Positions 10,400 through 19,120 of a DNA stretch of 64,000 nt are shown here, one piece after another; the first letter of the stretch is position 1, and each line of letters starts with the position of its first letter. The position numbers were made by a program, and so were the translations under genes. The stretch comes from Ktedonosporobacter sp. (GTDB lineage: Bacteria; Chloroflexota; Ktedonobacteria; Ktedonobacterales; Ktedonobacteraceae). The notes beneath the pieces were generated by a model that saw only the letters and a program-made list of their open reading frames with translations, did no database searches and was not told the origin of the DNA. The stretch is taken from positions 1 through 64,000 of the forward strand of contig DATGMF010000079.1 of NCBI GenBank assembly GCA_035293765.1, given 5' to 3'.

Positions 10400-10630
10400 C
10401 TAAGCAACCGCATGTGTTCGCGGCGCTGGAAGCGGTTCCTTGTTTTTTATTGCGTCATTGATGAGCATTTCGAGAACTTCTTTGCCGTTCTTGACCGCCT
10501 CCTCGTAGGTATTCCCGTGTGTAGCAGGCATATAGACCTGTTGTGCCCATTCTGGCAATGTCACGAGATATGCCTGATCTTCTTCTGACCATTCAATCAG
10601 CATAGAATACTGAATCGGTTGCATGCTCAT
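10400..10630 (-). CDS. HicB-family (UPF0150) antitoxin-like protein; no HicA partner visible
   Basis: MSMQPIQYSMLIEWSEEDQAYLVTLPEWAQQVYMPATHGNTYEEAVKNGKEVLEMLINDAIKNKEPLPAP has the typical HicB N-domain pattern. The track ORF is 5'-extended over the psuG 3' end. Confidence 0.6.
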   Translation of the reverse strand: MSMQPIQYSMLIEWSEEDQAYLVTLPEWAQQVYMPATHGNTYEEAVKNGKEVLEMLINDAIKNKEPLPAPRTHAVA

Positions 10631-10665
10631 GGCTTGTCCTCCTTTGCTCTTTTGATATCTGCGAG

Positions 10666-11580
10666 CTACTGGTAATACGCGCGAGCAAAACGAGCCGCCC
10701 ACATAGCATTATTAATAAGCAGCGCCTTGTTTGCACTGAGGCTCTCGCCGCCGGTCACTTTTGCTACGTGCGCCAGCAGAAATGGTGTGATGGCGGATCC
10801 GCGTATGCCCTGCTCGCGAGCCAGTTGCAAAGCTTCCGCAGTCGCTTTTTCCAGGGGCGCGCTCTCTATCTCGTACGGTCTGGGGATAGGGCAGGCTACG
10901 ACGAGGCCGTGCAGGTGGCATTCCCATTGGGCGCGTGCGATGGCGGCCAGCGTGGTGACATCATCGACGCGATGGGGGAGCGGGCGTCCGCTGCTGTAGG
11001 TATAGAAGGCGGGAAATTCGCTGCTTTGCCAGCCAATTACAGGGACACCCTGCGTTTCCAGATATTCCAGCGTCAGATCGAGATCAAGAATAGATTTGGC
11101 TCCGGCGCAGACCACGAGCACCGGCGTCCGACTCAACTCGGTCAGGTCGGCGGAAATATCCATCGTCGTCTCGGCGCCACGATGAACGCCGCCGATGCCA
11201 CCGGTGGCGAAGAAACGAATACCGGCCATGTTGGCGCAAAGCATCGTACCCGCAACGGTTGTCGCCCCCCATCGCCCGCTCGCCAGGGTAATAGCCAGGT
11301 CGCGGCGGCTGACCTTCAGGATATCGTGTGCTGTGCCCAGATGGGCAATTTCGTCTGGCGTCAGGCCAATTTTGATCTGACCATCATGGATGCCGATGGT
11401 TGCCGGGACAGCTCCTTCGGCGCGGACGGCCTGTTCCATTGCCTGGGCTACTTCAATATTGATAGGATACGGCAGGCCATGCGCGATAACGGTTGATTCC
11501 AGCGCCACCACCGCGCGCTGCTCATTGAGGGCCGCCCGAACCTCCTCGGAAAAAGTAAGATAAGATACCTGTTTGTGCAT
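10666..11580 (-). CDS. psuG: pseudouridine-5'-phosphate glycosidase (indigoidine synthase A-like)
   Basis: ESTVIAHGLPYP.N...GA.PATIGI..G...GL.......VSRRD....L.....GATTVAGTM..A..AGI..FATGGIGGVHRG..TMDISADL matches the PsuG family. Start is most likely the MHKQ Met at 11580. Confidence 0.85.
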   Translation of the reverse strand: MHKQVSYLTFSEEVRAALNEQRAVVALESTVIAHGLPYPINIEVAQAMEQAVRAEGAVPATIGIHDGQIKIGLTPDEIAHLGTAHDILKVSRRDLAITLASGRWGATTVAGTMLCANMAGIRFFATGGIGGVHRGAETTMDISADLTELSRTPVLVVCAGAKSILDLDLTLEYLETQGVPVIGWQSSEFPAFYTYSSGRPLPHRVDDVTTLAAIARAQWECHLHGLVVACPIPRPYEIESAPLEKATAEALQLAREQGIRGSAITPFLLAHVAKVTGGESLSANKALLINNAMWAARFARAYYQ

Positions 11581-11763
11581 GATTCCTCTGAGGAAGAGTA
11601 TACGCGTCACACTCTGAGGGCGTCAAGTGGAAATGTGCTATGAGGGCATGCTATATTACCTTTGGAAGGGGTAATACAACGACATCGTTATACCCTATAA
11701 CCTTGTCTTTGTCGCTCTTAATTGATGTTGGTGTTTGATAGAACAAGAATGTAGGAGTGATGT

Positions 11764-12732
11764 ATGAACTTGACAAAAAAGTTGCTTGCCACCGGTCTGC
11801 TTGTGGGCGGCGGGCTGGGCGCGCTGACTATTTTCAATAAGATGACCGAATCGATGGCGGGCGAACTTGATACTGTATTGACGGGGGAAGAGCGGCGCTA
11901 TCCGTGGAAATATGGTGATATGTTCTACGAGGTGAAGGGCGCGGCTGATGCAAAGCCCCTGGTGCTGATTCATAGCTTTGGGCCTGGCGCTTCGTCTTAT
12001 GAGTGGCGCAAAAACATCGATGCGCTGGCAGAGCAATTCCGCGTGTATGCCCTCGATCTGCTGGGATTCGGCCTGTCCGATCATCCAGCCATTGATTACA
12101 CGCCTGAAACCTTTACCGATCTGATTCATGATTTTCTCAAGGAGGTCATTGGTAAGCCCGCTGTGGTGGTGGCGCATGGCCTGCCCTGTGCGTATATCAT
12201 CGCCTGCGCGTATCGCCGTCCGCAGATGTTTGAGCGCCTGGTGCTGGTTGCTCCTCCGCCGACAATCCTGCAAGAGGCATTCCCGGGTCCGCTCAATGCC
12301 TTAGCAAAGGCGGTGCTGCGCGCGCCCGTTGTGGGTGAGTTTATCTATAACATGCTGAATTCGCGCCGGGCGATTCGCAACTACTACGACCAGCAAGGCT
12401 ATCACAACCTGGGGATGATTACCGATGAACTGGTTGAGTACATCTATACGAGCGCGCATCAGGAGAACAGCTACTACCCTGCGGCTTCGTTTTTCAGTAA
12501 CTATCTGACTCTGGACGTACATGAGCCATTTGCGCGTTTACAGATGCCCGTAGTCGCAATCTGGGGCCGTGAGAGTATGCTGACCCCATCGGAGGCCAGC
12601 GCAGCCTTTAAACGGGTCAATTCCCGCATAGAAGTACATATTCTCGACCGTTGCAGTTTCCAGTTGCAGGAAGAGCAGGCGGCAAGCTTCAATAACTTTG
12701 TGCGTGAATTTGCCGGTACAGCAGTAAAGTAG
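11764..12732 (+). CDS. alpha/beta-hydrolase-fold protein (nucleophile elbow lacks Ser: VAHGLPC)
   Basis: HSFGPGASSYEWRKNIDALAEQFRVYALDLLGFGLSD and VVVAHGLPCAYIIACAYRRPQMFERLVLVAPP follow the alpha/beta-hydrolase layout. The Sm-x-Nu-x-Sm position carries Gly instead of Ser/Cys/Asp. Confidence 0.7.
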   Translation: MNLTKKLLATGLLVGGGLGALTIFNKMTESMAGELDTVLTGEERRYPWKYGDMFYEVKGAADAKPLVLIHSFGPGASSYEWRKNIDALAEQFRVYALDLLGFGLSDHPAIDYTPETFTDLIHDFLKEVIGKPAVVVAHGLPCAYIIACAYRRPQMFERLVLVAPPPTILQEAFPGPLNALAKAVLRAPVVGEFIYNMLNSRRAIRNYYDQQGYHNLGMITDELVEYIYTSAHQENSYYPAASFFSNYLTLDVHEPFARLQMPVVAIWGRESMLTPSEASAAFKRVNSRIEVHILDRCSFQLQEEQAASFNNFVREFAGTAVK

Positions 12733-12787
12733 GTTTGTGCCGCCAGTCGTAGAGTAAGGGCTAAACGCGCGTTTTGTTCTAACGCGT

Positions 12788-14392
12788 TTAGCCTTTATCG
12801 TGTATCCATCCCCCTGGCGATAGATGATCTTCGTTTGCCGTATGTCCCCCTCGCTCCGGGTTCGATCTGGTTGCCTCGTGAGAGGGAACGCCTGCTTTAC
12901 TCCTTGCTTCGGCCTCACAAATTTTCGCCTGTTCATAGAGGTTATAGGCCGCCCGCTCGGCATCGAAGGGCACGCTCTGGTTTGCCTGGGGATCTCTGGC
13001 GATGGCCTCGAATTTCGCGGCGATCTCGCGGATCGTCTGCGGATCGGTGATTTTCCCGCTCTGTACTTCTTTATAAGCTTTGCTGAGTACTTCTTCTTTG
13101 GGCAGTACGGACGGGGTGTTTGGCGACGTTGACGGAGCAGATGTTGTTTGCGCTAATTGTACCGGCTGAGCGGGTTGCGCTGACTCTATCGTTGGAGCCG
13201 CGCTGGTTTCGGTCCTTCTACTGTCTGGTAAGGCGGCGTGCTGGGCTACTTTTTCGCTAACGTCAGGATTGTTGCCAATCGGGTCGGTATCGATAATAGT
13301 CATGCCGTGCGGCGCCAGGGAGACATCACGGATATGGACTTTATGGATCATTACTCCCCAGAGGGCCACTTTATCGCGTATTTGCTGGTGCAGATAGTCA
13401 TTGATGCGCTGCCAGCGTATTCCGCCATCGGACCCCATGTTGCTGGCGCCGCTGCCACGATTCATGGACGGGCGTACCTGCAAACCTTGCGGCCAGACGA
13501 TGAAATCCTCGGGCGTGAATGTGGTTGCAATGCTCTGAATGCAGGTCAGGAAAAGTTCGCGCAGCCCCTCTTCCCAGTTTTTAACCTGGGTTACGGCCAG
13601 GTGGGCATCTTCCGGCATCAATTGGTACGAGACGATGCCGCGCAGGATCACATCTTCAGTGCGCGACAATTGCACCCGCTGCGGCGGGCTGATCCATTGC
13701 GTCTCCTCCACATTGAGCTGTTGCACCGCTTTTTCCCAGGGGAGGAGAATATTGAAGCCGGAGTAGAGGGTCCGGCTGTATTTGCTGAACGCGTAGACGA
13801 TATCAACATAGCCTTCTGGAACCGGGTGGATGTAGAGCCGGGCCAGGAAAATAATGGCGACCAGGATGAGCACAAGGAGGATGAAGCCTGCGGTCAGGCC
13901 AAAAATAGTAAAGCCACCGATGAGCAGGAAAATGAAGAATCCGCCAACCGTAGCCAGCGCCCAGAAGCCATTGTTTTCGCCGGCATAATAGACGGCGATT
14001 CCCTGCATAATGGTGACAGCGATGATGAGAAAAGTGACCAGCCAGAGCGCCTCGGGCGGCGCACTTGCGCGACCGGTCGCCACCAGTGGCAGGACGAACA
14101 GGCAGGTCAGCGCGCCAAAGAGCAGGGGGGCAAGGATAAGGGTGAAATATTGCCAGAGTTGCTTTACCAGGTCTGATGGGGCCGAAGAGGTATCCAGCGG
14201 GACATCTTCCTGGTTGTTAGTCTGTGGGGAGATTCCCAGGTGCAATGCCTCCTCTTGCTGTTGAGGGACGAGAGGCGGTGGCTCGCCCTGATCTGGTAGT
14301 TGAACTTGTTCGATAAACTGATTCCGGCCAGCATTGATGGGACCTTGCCAGATAGGACCGGAGTCATTTCCGTCTGCCGACATATTTTTCAT
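12788..14392 (-). CDS. membrane protein with Pro/Gln-rich N-terminus, multiple TM helices and an SPFH/band-7-like region; function unknown
   Basis: 534 aa. TM block FTLILAPLLFGALTCLFVLPLV...LIIAVTIMQG...GGFFIFLLIGGFTIFGLTAGFILLVLILVAIIF. The domain assignment is weak. Confidence 0.45.
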   Translation of the reverse strand: MKNMSADGNDSGPIWQGPINAGRNQFIEQVQLPDQGEPPPLVPQQQEEALHLGISPQTNNQEDVPLDTSSAPSDLVKQLWQYFTLILAPLLFGALTCLFVLPLVATGRASAPPEALWLVTFLIIAVTIMQGIAVYYAGENNGFWALATVGGFFIFLLIGGFTIFGLTAGFILLVLILVAIIFLARLYIHPVPEGYVDIVYAFSKYSRTLYSGFNILLPWEKAVQQLNVEETQWISPPQRVQLSRTEDVILRGIVSYQLMPEDAHLAVTQVKNWEEGLRELFLTCIQSIATTFTPEDFIVWPQGLQVRPSMNRGSGASNMGSDGGIRWQRINDYLHQQIRDKVALWGVMIHKVHIRDVSLAPHGMTIIDTDPIGNNPDVSEKVAQHAALPDSRRTETSAAPTIESAQPAQPVQLAQTTSAPSTSPNTPSVLPKEEVLSKAYKEVQSGKITDPQTIREIAAKFEAIARDPQANQSVPFDAERAAYNLYEQAKICEAEARSKAGVPSHEATRSNPERGGHTANEDHLSPGGWIHDKG

Positions 14393-14435
14393 GCACCTTC
14401 CTCTCGCATTAAACCAGGATCATATACATGCTCTA

Positions 14436-15392
14436 CTAAATTTTATTCTTTATACCACAAGAGCCGCAACTACCCGTTTTCGTCTGACAGCCCCCACTGC
14501 CGCAGGAGCCACAGCCGCCCGCTCTACTACATTTTCCGCTGCCGCAGCAACCGCCTTTGCCACAACTACTTTTGTTCGTTTGTTCTTCTACAGGGATCTG
14601 AATAGTGACGCCGCTTTCCAGCATCACGTCAACCGAGTTTTTAGGGACATTGATTGCTACGACCTTGCCGGGACCGCTGGGGGTAGTGAGGATAGCTCCG
14701 ATTTGCGGCATCAACTGCTTGGCCTGGATGTAGTTATCATTCTCATATGAAAGACAGCATAAAAGACGTCCGCAGACGCCAGAAATTTTGGAGGGATTAA
14801 GCGGGAGCCCCTGTTCCTTCGCCATTTTAATCGAGACCACGCCAAAGTCGGTAATCCACGAGCTGCAACAGAGGGTTTTGCCGCACGGTCCAACCCCCCC
14901 TTGCAATTTCGCCTGGTCGCGCGCACCAATCTGGCGTAGTTCGATGCGGGTGCGAAACGTTGCCGCCAGGTCACGTACCAGGGCGCGAAAGTCCACACGC
15001 TCGTCGGCAGTAAAATAGAAGGTCAGCCGACTCCCATCAAAGGTATATTCAGCCTCTACCAGCTTCATGGGCAGGTGATGTTGCTGGATGCGCTCGTGAC
15101 AACGCTGCAATGCCTCTTTTTCTTTGCTTTTGAAAGAGAGCATTGTGCGTAGCTCGTCCTCAGTTGCCAGACGTAACACGGGTTTGAGCGGATCGCTCAA
15201 GTCGCTCTCTGCCATCTTTTTTGAGGCAATCACTACGCGTCCGGCCTCGGTGCCGCGCACTGTCTCGACAATAACGTACTGGCCCGTAGTAAACGATTGC
15301 TCCTGCGGGTCAAAATAGTAAATTCGTCCCGCCGGACGAAAGCGAATGCCGACGATTGTAATTGTTTTGTCTCCATTTGTTGCCAGTGACAT
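14436..15392 (-). CDS. yaaT: PSP1 C-terminal domain protein (stage 0 sporulation YaaT/RicT-like) with Cys/Gly-rich tail
   Basis: IVGIRFRPAGRIYYFDP....GQYVIVETVRGTEAGRVV...YTFDGSRLTFYFTADERVDFRALVRDLAATFRTRIELRQIG is the PSP1 signature. The C-terminus is a CGSCGSGGC repeat. Confidence 0.85.
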   Translation of the reverse strand: MSLATNGDKTITIVGIRFRPAGRIYYFDPQEQSFTTGQYVIVETVRGTEAGRVVIASKKMAESDLSDPLKPVLRLATEDELRTMLSFKSKEKEALQRCHERIQQHHLPMKLVEAEYTFDGSRLTFYFTADERVDFRALVRDLAATFRTRIELRQIGARDQAKLQGGVGPCGKTLCCSSWITDFGVVSIKMAKEQGLPLNPSKISGVCGRLLCCLSYENDNYIQAKQLMPQIGAILTTPSGPGKVVAINVPKNSVDVMLESGVTIQIPVEEQTNKSSCGKGGCCGSGKCSRAGGCGSCGSGGCQTKTGSCGSCGIKNKI

Positions 15393-15561
15393 CGGCTGCT
15401 CTATCTTTTTTCAATCCCTCAAGTGGGTCGAGATAGCTCTACCGGCTCTCGCTGCCTCCCTTGAGGGGGAGTATAACATCAAACTGAAGATGTCAATTGG
15501 AAATGCAGCAGGCAAGAGAAGAGCGGAATGCAGCTTCGTTGCTACATTCATGCTTTTCTGC

Positions 15562-16134
15562 TTACATTTCGTTGGTCAAGAGAATTGCTTCCGCAACTTC
15601 GCGCATGGATTTGCGGTTATTCATGCTGGCCTTCTGAATTTTACGGAAAGCCTCATTCTCCGAAAGCCCTTGCTTTTCCATGAGAAGTCCCTTCGCGCGC
15701 TCTACCACCTTGCGCGTCTCTAGCTGTTCGTTCAGGGTTCGGGCCTTCTCTTCAAGGGAGCGGAATTCGTTGTAGCGTGCTAACGCTACCTCGATAGCGG
15801 GAGCAACCTCGCTCTCGCGTAAGGGCTTCACGATGTAGTTCACTACGCCCGCTTCTTTGGCTCGTTCGACCAGAGGCTGATCTCCAAAAGCTGTGAGCAG
15901 CAACACCGGGGCGACTTTTTCCTGGGTGAGGGTCTCGGCGGCGCTAATGCCGTCTATGTCGGGCATGCGAATATCCATGATGATCAGGTCTGGTCGTAAT
16001 TCGCGAGCCAGATTGATGGCGCTTTGCCCGTCGCCCGCCTCCCCAACGACAAGGTAGCCCTGTCTGGTCAAGACGTCCTTTAAATCCATGCGCTGAATGG
16101 CTTCGTCATCTGCAATAATAATACGTGTTGGCAT
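15562..16134 (-). CDS. ANTAR-domain response regulator (receiver + RNA-binding antiterminator domain, AmiR/NasT type)
   Basis: Receiver RIIIADDEAIQRMDLKDVL...DLIIMDIRMPDIDGISA. ANTAR domain LEEKARTLNEQLETRKVVERAKGLLMEKQGLSENEAFRKIQKASMNNRKSMREVAEAIL. Start Met at 16134 with an upstream RBS; the track ORF is 5'-extended. Confidence 0.85.
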   Translation of the reverse strand: MPTRIIIADDEAIQRMDLKDVLTRQGYLVVGEAGDGQSAINLARELRPDLIIMDIRMPDIDGISAAETLTQEKVAPVLLLTAFGDQPLVERAKEAGVVNYIVKPLRESEVAPAIEVALARYNEFRSLEEKARTLNEQLETRKVVERAKGLLMEKQGLSENEAFRKIQKASMNNRKSMREVAEAILLTNEM

Positions 16135-16260
16135 AGGTTTCACCTCAAAGCCTCTCATCTCTATCCACCCGGGTAGTACTAAATTCTCTCCCTGTACAAA
16201 GAGTATAACATACTCCATCGGGTGAGTCGATAGGGTGAGCAAAAAACCTGATCCTCACGA

Positions 16261-17328
16261 TCAGGCTACGTACGTCAGATCCGGCTCGTCTCGCAGGGTT
16301 AGAGCCAGCCGGCGCGTTTCGCAGACGATTTTATGCAACTGCTCAGGTGTAATGGATTGGCGTCCATCGCATAGGGCGCGATCAGGCTCAAGATGGGTTT
16401 CGATAATCAATCCTTCAGCCCCCGCGGCAATGCTGGCGCGCGACATGGTGGGAACGAGCTCGCGGCGTCCGGTGGCATGGCTGGGATCGACGATAACGGG
16501 AAGATGGGTCAGTTCGTGAAGCAGTGGCACACAGGAAAGGTCGAGAACGTTGCGCGTCTGGGGATCGTAGCTGCGAATGCCGCGCTCGCACAGGATCACA
16601 TTGGGATTGCCTGCCGCGACGATGTATTCCGCAGCCAGCAGCCATTCGTCGATGGTCGAGGCCAGACCACGTTTGAGCAAGACCGGACGTTGCAAGCTGT
16701 TGTTGCCGGCGGCACGCAGGAGAGGGAAGTTTTGCATGTTGCGGCTGCCGATTTGCAAGATATCAGCATGGTGTGCGACCGTCTCCACCATCTCAGGTTC
16801 CATCACTTCGGTAATGACCGGCAGCCCCGTCATCTCACGCGCTTCCGCTAACAAATGAAGCCCTTCGATGCCGAGCCCCTGGAACTGGTAAGGGGAAGTG
16901 CGGGGTTTGAAGGCTCCTCCGCGTAATATGTGCGCTCCCGCTGCCTGGACAGCCCGGGCAATGGAGAAAAGCTGTTCTTTACTCTCAACCGCACATGGTC
17001 CCGCCATGATGACCGGGTGTTCGCCTCCGATGGTTACAGGTGTGCAATTATGCCCATCCCCCACAACAATGGCGGTATTTTCAGCCTGGAAGGCCCGATT
17101 TACTAGCTGATACGGGGTCTTGATGGAAACCAGACGTTCGACCGCGCTTTGCTGGCTAATCAGGGCCTGCGCCTGCACGTCGATCTTGCCGCTATCCAGC
17201 GCGATCACCTCGCGCGCGCCAATCTGTGTGGTCGTGATGGGGGACAGACTATCGGTGATACGACATAGGAGCGTAATGAGTTGCGCTCGTTCATCGTTGG
17301 TGGCCTGATTACGAATGGTGATAATCAT
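16261..17328 (-). CDS. 3-deoxy-7-phosphoheptulonate (DAHP) synthase, type I-beta with N-terminal ferredoxin-like regulatory domain
   Basis: Catalytic core [18 protein letters not shown]...[21 protein letters not shown]...[14 protein letters not shown]. The N-terminal ~85 aa align with the Thermotoga-type regulatory domain ([17 protein letters not shown].. vs MIVVLKPGSTEEDI..). Start at MIIT (17328) is preferred over the track start at 17346, which would overlap the RBS AAAGGA. Confidence 0.9.
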   Translation of the reverse strand: MIITIRNQATNDERAQLITLLCRITDSLSPITTTQIGAREVIALDSGKIDVQAQALISQQSAVERLVSIKTPYQLVNRAFQAENTAIVVGDGHNCTPVTIGGEHPVIMAGPCAVESKEQLFSIARAVQAAGAHILRGGAFKPRTSPYQFQGLGIEGLHLLAEAREMTGLPVITEVMEPEMVETVAHHADILQIGSRNMQNFPLLRAAGNNSLQRPVLLKRGLASTIDEWLLAAEYIVAAGNPNVILCERGIRSYDPQTRNVLDLSCVPLLHELTHLPVIVDPSHATGRRELVPTMSRASIAAGAEGLIIETHLEPDRALCDGRQSITPEQLHKIVCETRRLALTLRDEPDLTYVA

Positions 17329-17382
17329 AACACTGGATCCTTTCACTCTTCTAAATTTGGGAAACCGGCTCTCCTGAATTTG

Positions 17383-17414
17383 GGAAACAAAAAAGCAGAG
17401 GTTTTTTCCTCTGC
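17383..17414 (-). terminator. canonical intrinsic terminator hairpin in the DAHP-synthase 5' leader (minus strand)
   Basis: Minus-strand RNA reads GCAGAGG-AAAAAA-CCUCUGC followed by UUUUUUGUUU, ~70 nt upstream of the start codon. Confidence 0.55.
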
Positions 17415-17705
17415 TGCTCCAGCACGCTGGTGGTTAGTTTTCGCTCAGCCCAAAAGGCCCACCATCATGCTGGAGGGCTAAACCAATAATAAAAACTATA
17501 TTGTTGGGCAATTGGCTTGCTGAGCATAAACTCCGTCCCTTCCGTTAGTAACGTAAGGATAGAACTGCATCTTCGACTCTATTATAGAGTATACGCAACG
17601 CACCGAAATATGTCAAGGGGTAGAGACGGGCGCGAAGCGGGCAGGGCAACCAGTAGCTCCCCGAGTTGTGGCTCCCCGCTTCATCGTGGGAGGAGTTGCC
17701 CCTAC

Positions 17706-18473
17706 CTAGCGTTTTTTCTCGCGGCGCTGGCTGGCTTTATATTCCTGATAGAGCTTGTCGCCTGATGTTACCGCCGGTGGGGCCTGTTCTCTGGCCTTGG
17801 TCCTGGGTTTGGCGGCAGGGGTCGGGGTGGGGGCGCCACTCATGCCGGTAAGGCTGCGGGGAATGAGGTCCAGCTTAGCCAGGATGACGAGAACGATCAC
17901 AAGCGTTGCCAGGAAGAGTAGCGTCGATACCTTAATAGGAATTGATGCGCCGAAAAGGTTGAGCGTCGTTAATAGGCGCTCCAGGCCCGCATTGGTCAGG
18001 AATGCCTGTTCCAGGCCGCCGAGGTAGCTTGCGCCGATCAGGTAAATAGCCATACCGAGAATATAGCGTGTTTTGAATGTGCCGGTTGGCCGCGCCGGTG
18101 TTCTGCTGGTGCTGGTTGCCGCACGCGTTGTTTTCGTCTCGGTTTTTTTTGCGCTGGCAGCTTTTTCAGGTTGTGTGACTTTCCCACGGGTCGCACGCGC
18201 CAGGCGGGCCTGCGCGACATCCACCTCTTTTGTTTTATTCTCCTGGTCATTCTTGCCAACCGTGGAGAAGAAGCCGGGCAGGCGGCGCGGCCTGGGCGCG
18301 GCTACAGGCTCAGCGGCTGAACTGGTTTCAGCTATGTCAACGGCGAGTTTTTCAGTATCGGGTGCTAACGTAGCGGTTTCTGGCCCCTCAGTCCGCTCTG
18401 TTACCAATTTGGGACGGGTGCGCTGGCTGCGAGCTCTGACTTTTTTACTGGTGCCGGGCTGTTCCAGACTCAT
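17706..18473 (-). CDS. hypothetical protein: Lys/Arg/Thr-rich N-terminal half, C-terminal membrane segment(s)
   Basis: 255-aa ORF with a highly basic low-complexity N-terminus and hydrophobic YILGMAIYLIGASYLGG / LLFLATLVIVLVILA helices. I recognise no known motif. Confidence 0.4.
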   Translation of the reverse strand: MSLEQPGTSKKVRARSQRTRPKLVTERTEGPETATLAPDTEKLAVDIAETSSAAEPVAAPRPRRLPGFFSTVGKNDQENKTKEVDVAQARLARATRGKVTQPEKAASAKKTETKTTRAATSTSRTPARPTGTFKTRYILGMAIYLIGASYLGGLEQAFLTNAGLERLLTTLNLFGASIPIKVSTLLFLATLVIVLVILAKLDLIPRSLTGMSGAPTPTPAAKPRTKAREQAPPAVTSGDKLYQEYKASQRREKKR

Positions 18474-18599
18474 GATTTACCTCGTTTGCATCTTGCTTTT
18501 AACATTTCTATCCAATCAACCACAATCTTGTCAAGAGGGGCACTCTCTAAAAGAAAAGGCAAGTGTCCCCTTTACTATACCACGTCCCACGACACTTCG

Positions 18600-18800
18600 T
18601 CAGCCTGTGTAGGAGAAGTTTCTTTCGCAACGGGTTGACAGGAGGTCGGCGCATTTCTCTCCTATCATCATGCAGGTCATGCATGGGTTCACGCTGATCA
18701 TGGTGGGAAAGATCGAGGCGTCGGCAACTCTCAGGTGGTGAACGCCTTTGACGCGCAGTTGGGGGTCAACGACGGTCATTGGATGGTCACTTGCGCCCAT
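18600..18800 (-). pseudogene. C-terminal remnant of a GMC-family oxidoreductase (choline dehydrogenase-like)
   Basis: [49 protein letters not shown] matches the GMC_oxred_C signature (G..VVD..L.V.G...LRV.DAS..P.....N....IAE.AAD.I). Only ~60 aa are present, where a full gene would be ~500 aa. Confidence 0.6.
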
Positions 18801-19120
18801 GCGACACGTTCCCGCCGGATGGTAGACCGTGTTGGCGGTGCGCCGGGCGTACTCCGAAAGCTCGCACTCATCCTGTACATGATTGCCAGGAGCGAGTTCT
18901 CTTTTGATCCAGCGTTATTTCCACAGGAGAAACCTCAATGCTCTCGGCTCCTAGTGGAGCCCTTCCCGATTGCTAAAGTATATCTCAGCTTTGGGAACTC
19001 TAGCAAAGTGCGCCATTTAGTGGGTGATGGATACATAGAGTCCTGGTTGCGGCAGGAAATCGCAACCAGGACTACAGGCGCACTCAATAAGGTACTCACC
19101 AGGACGGTGGTGATAGCAGC

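Noticed and set aside
17421-17500. T-box antiterminator in the DAHP synthase leader
   Set aside because: The segment GAUGGUGGGCC only partially resembles the AGGGUGGNACC T-box sequence, and no specifier-loop context could be identified. It is kept as a generic attenuator candidate instead.
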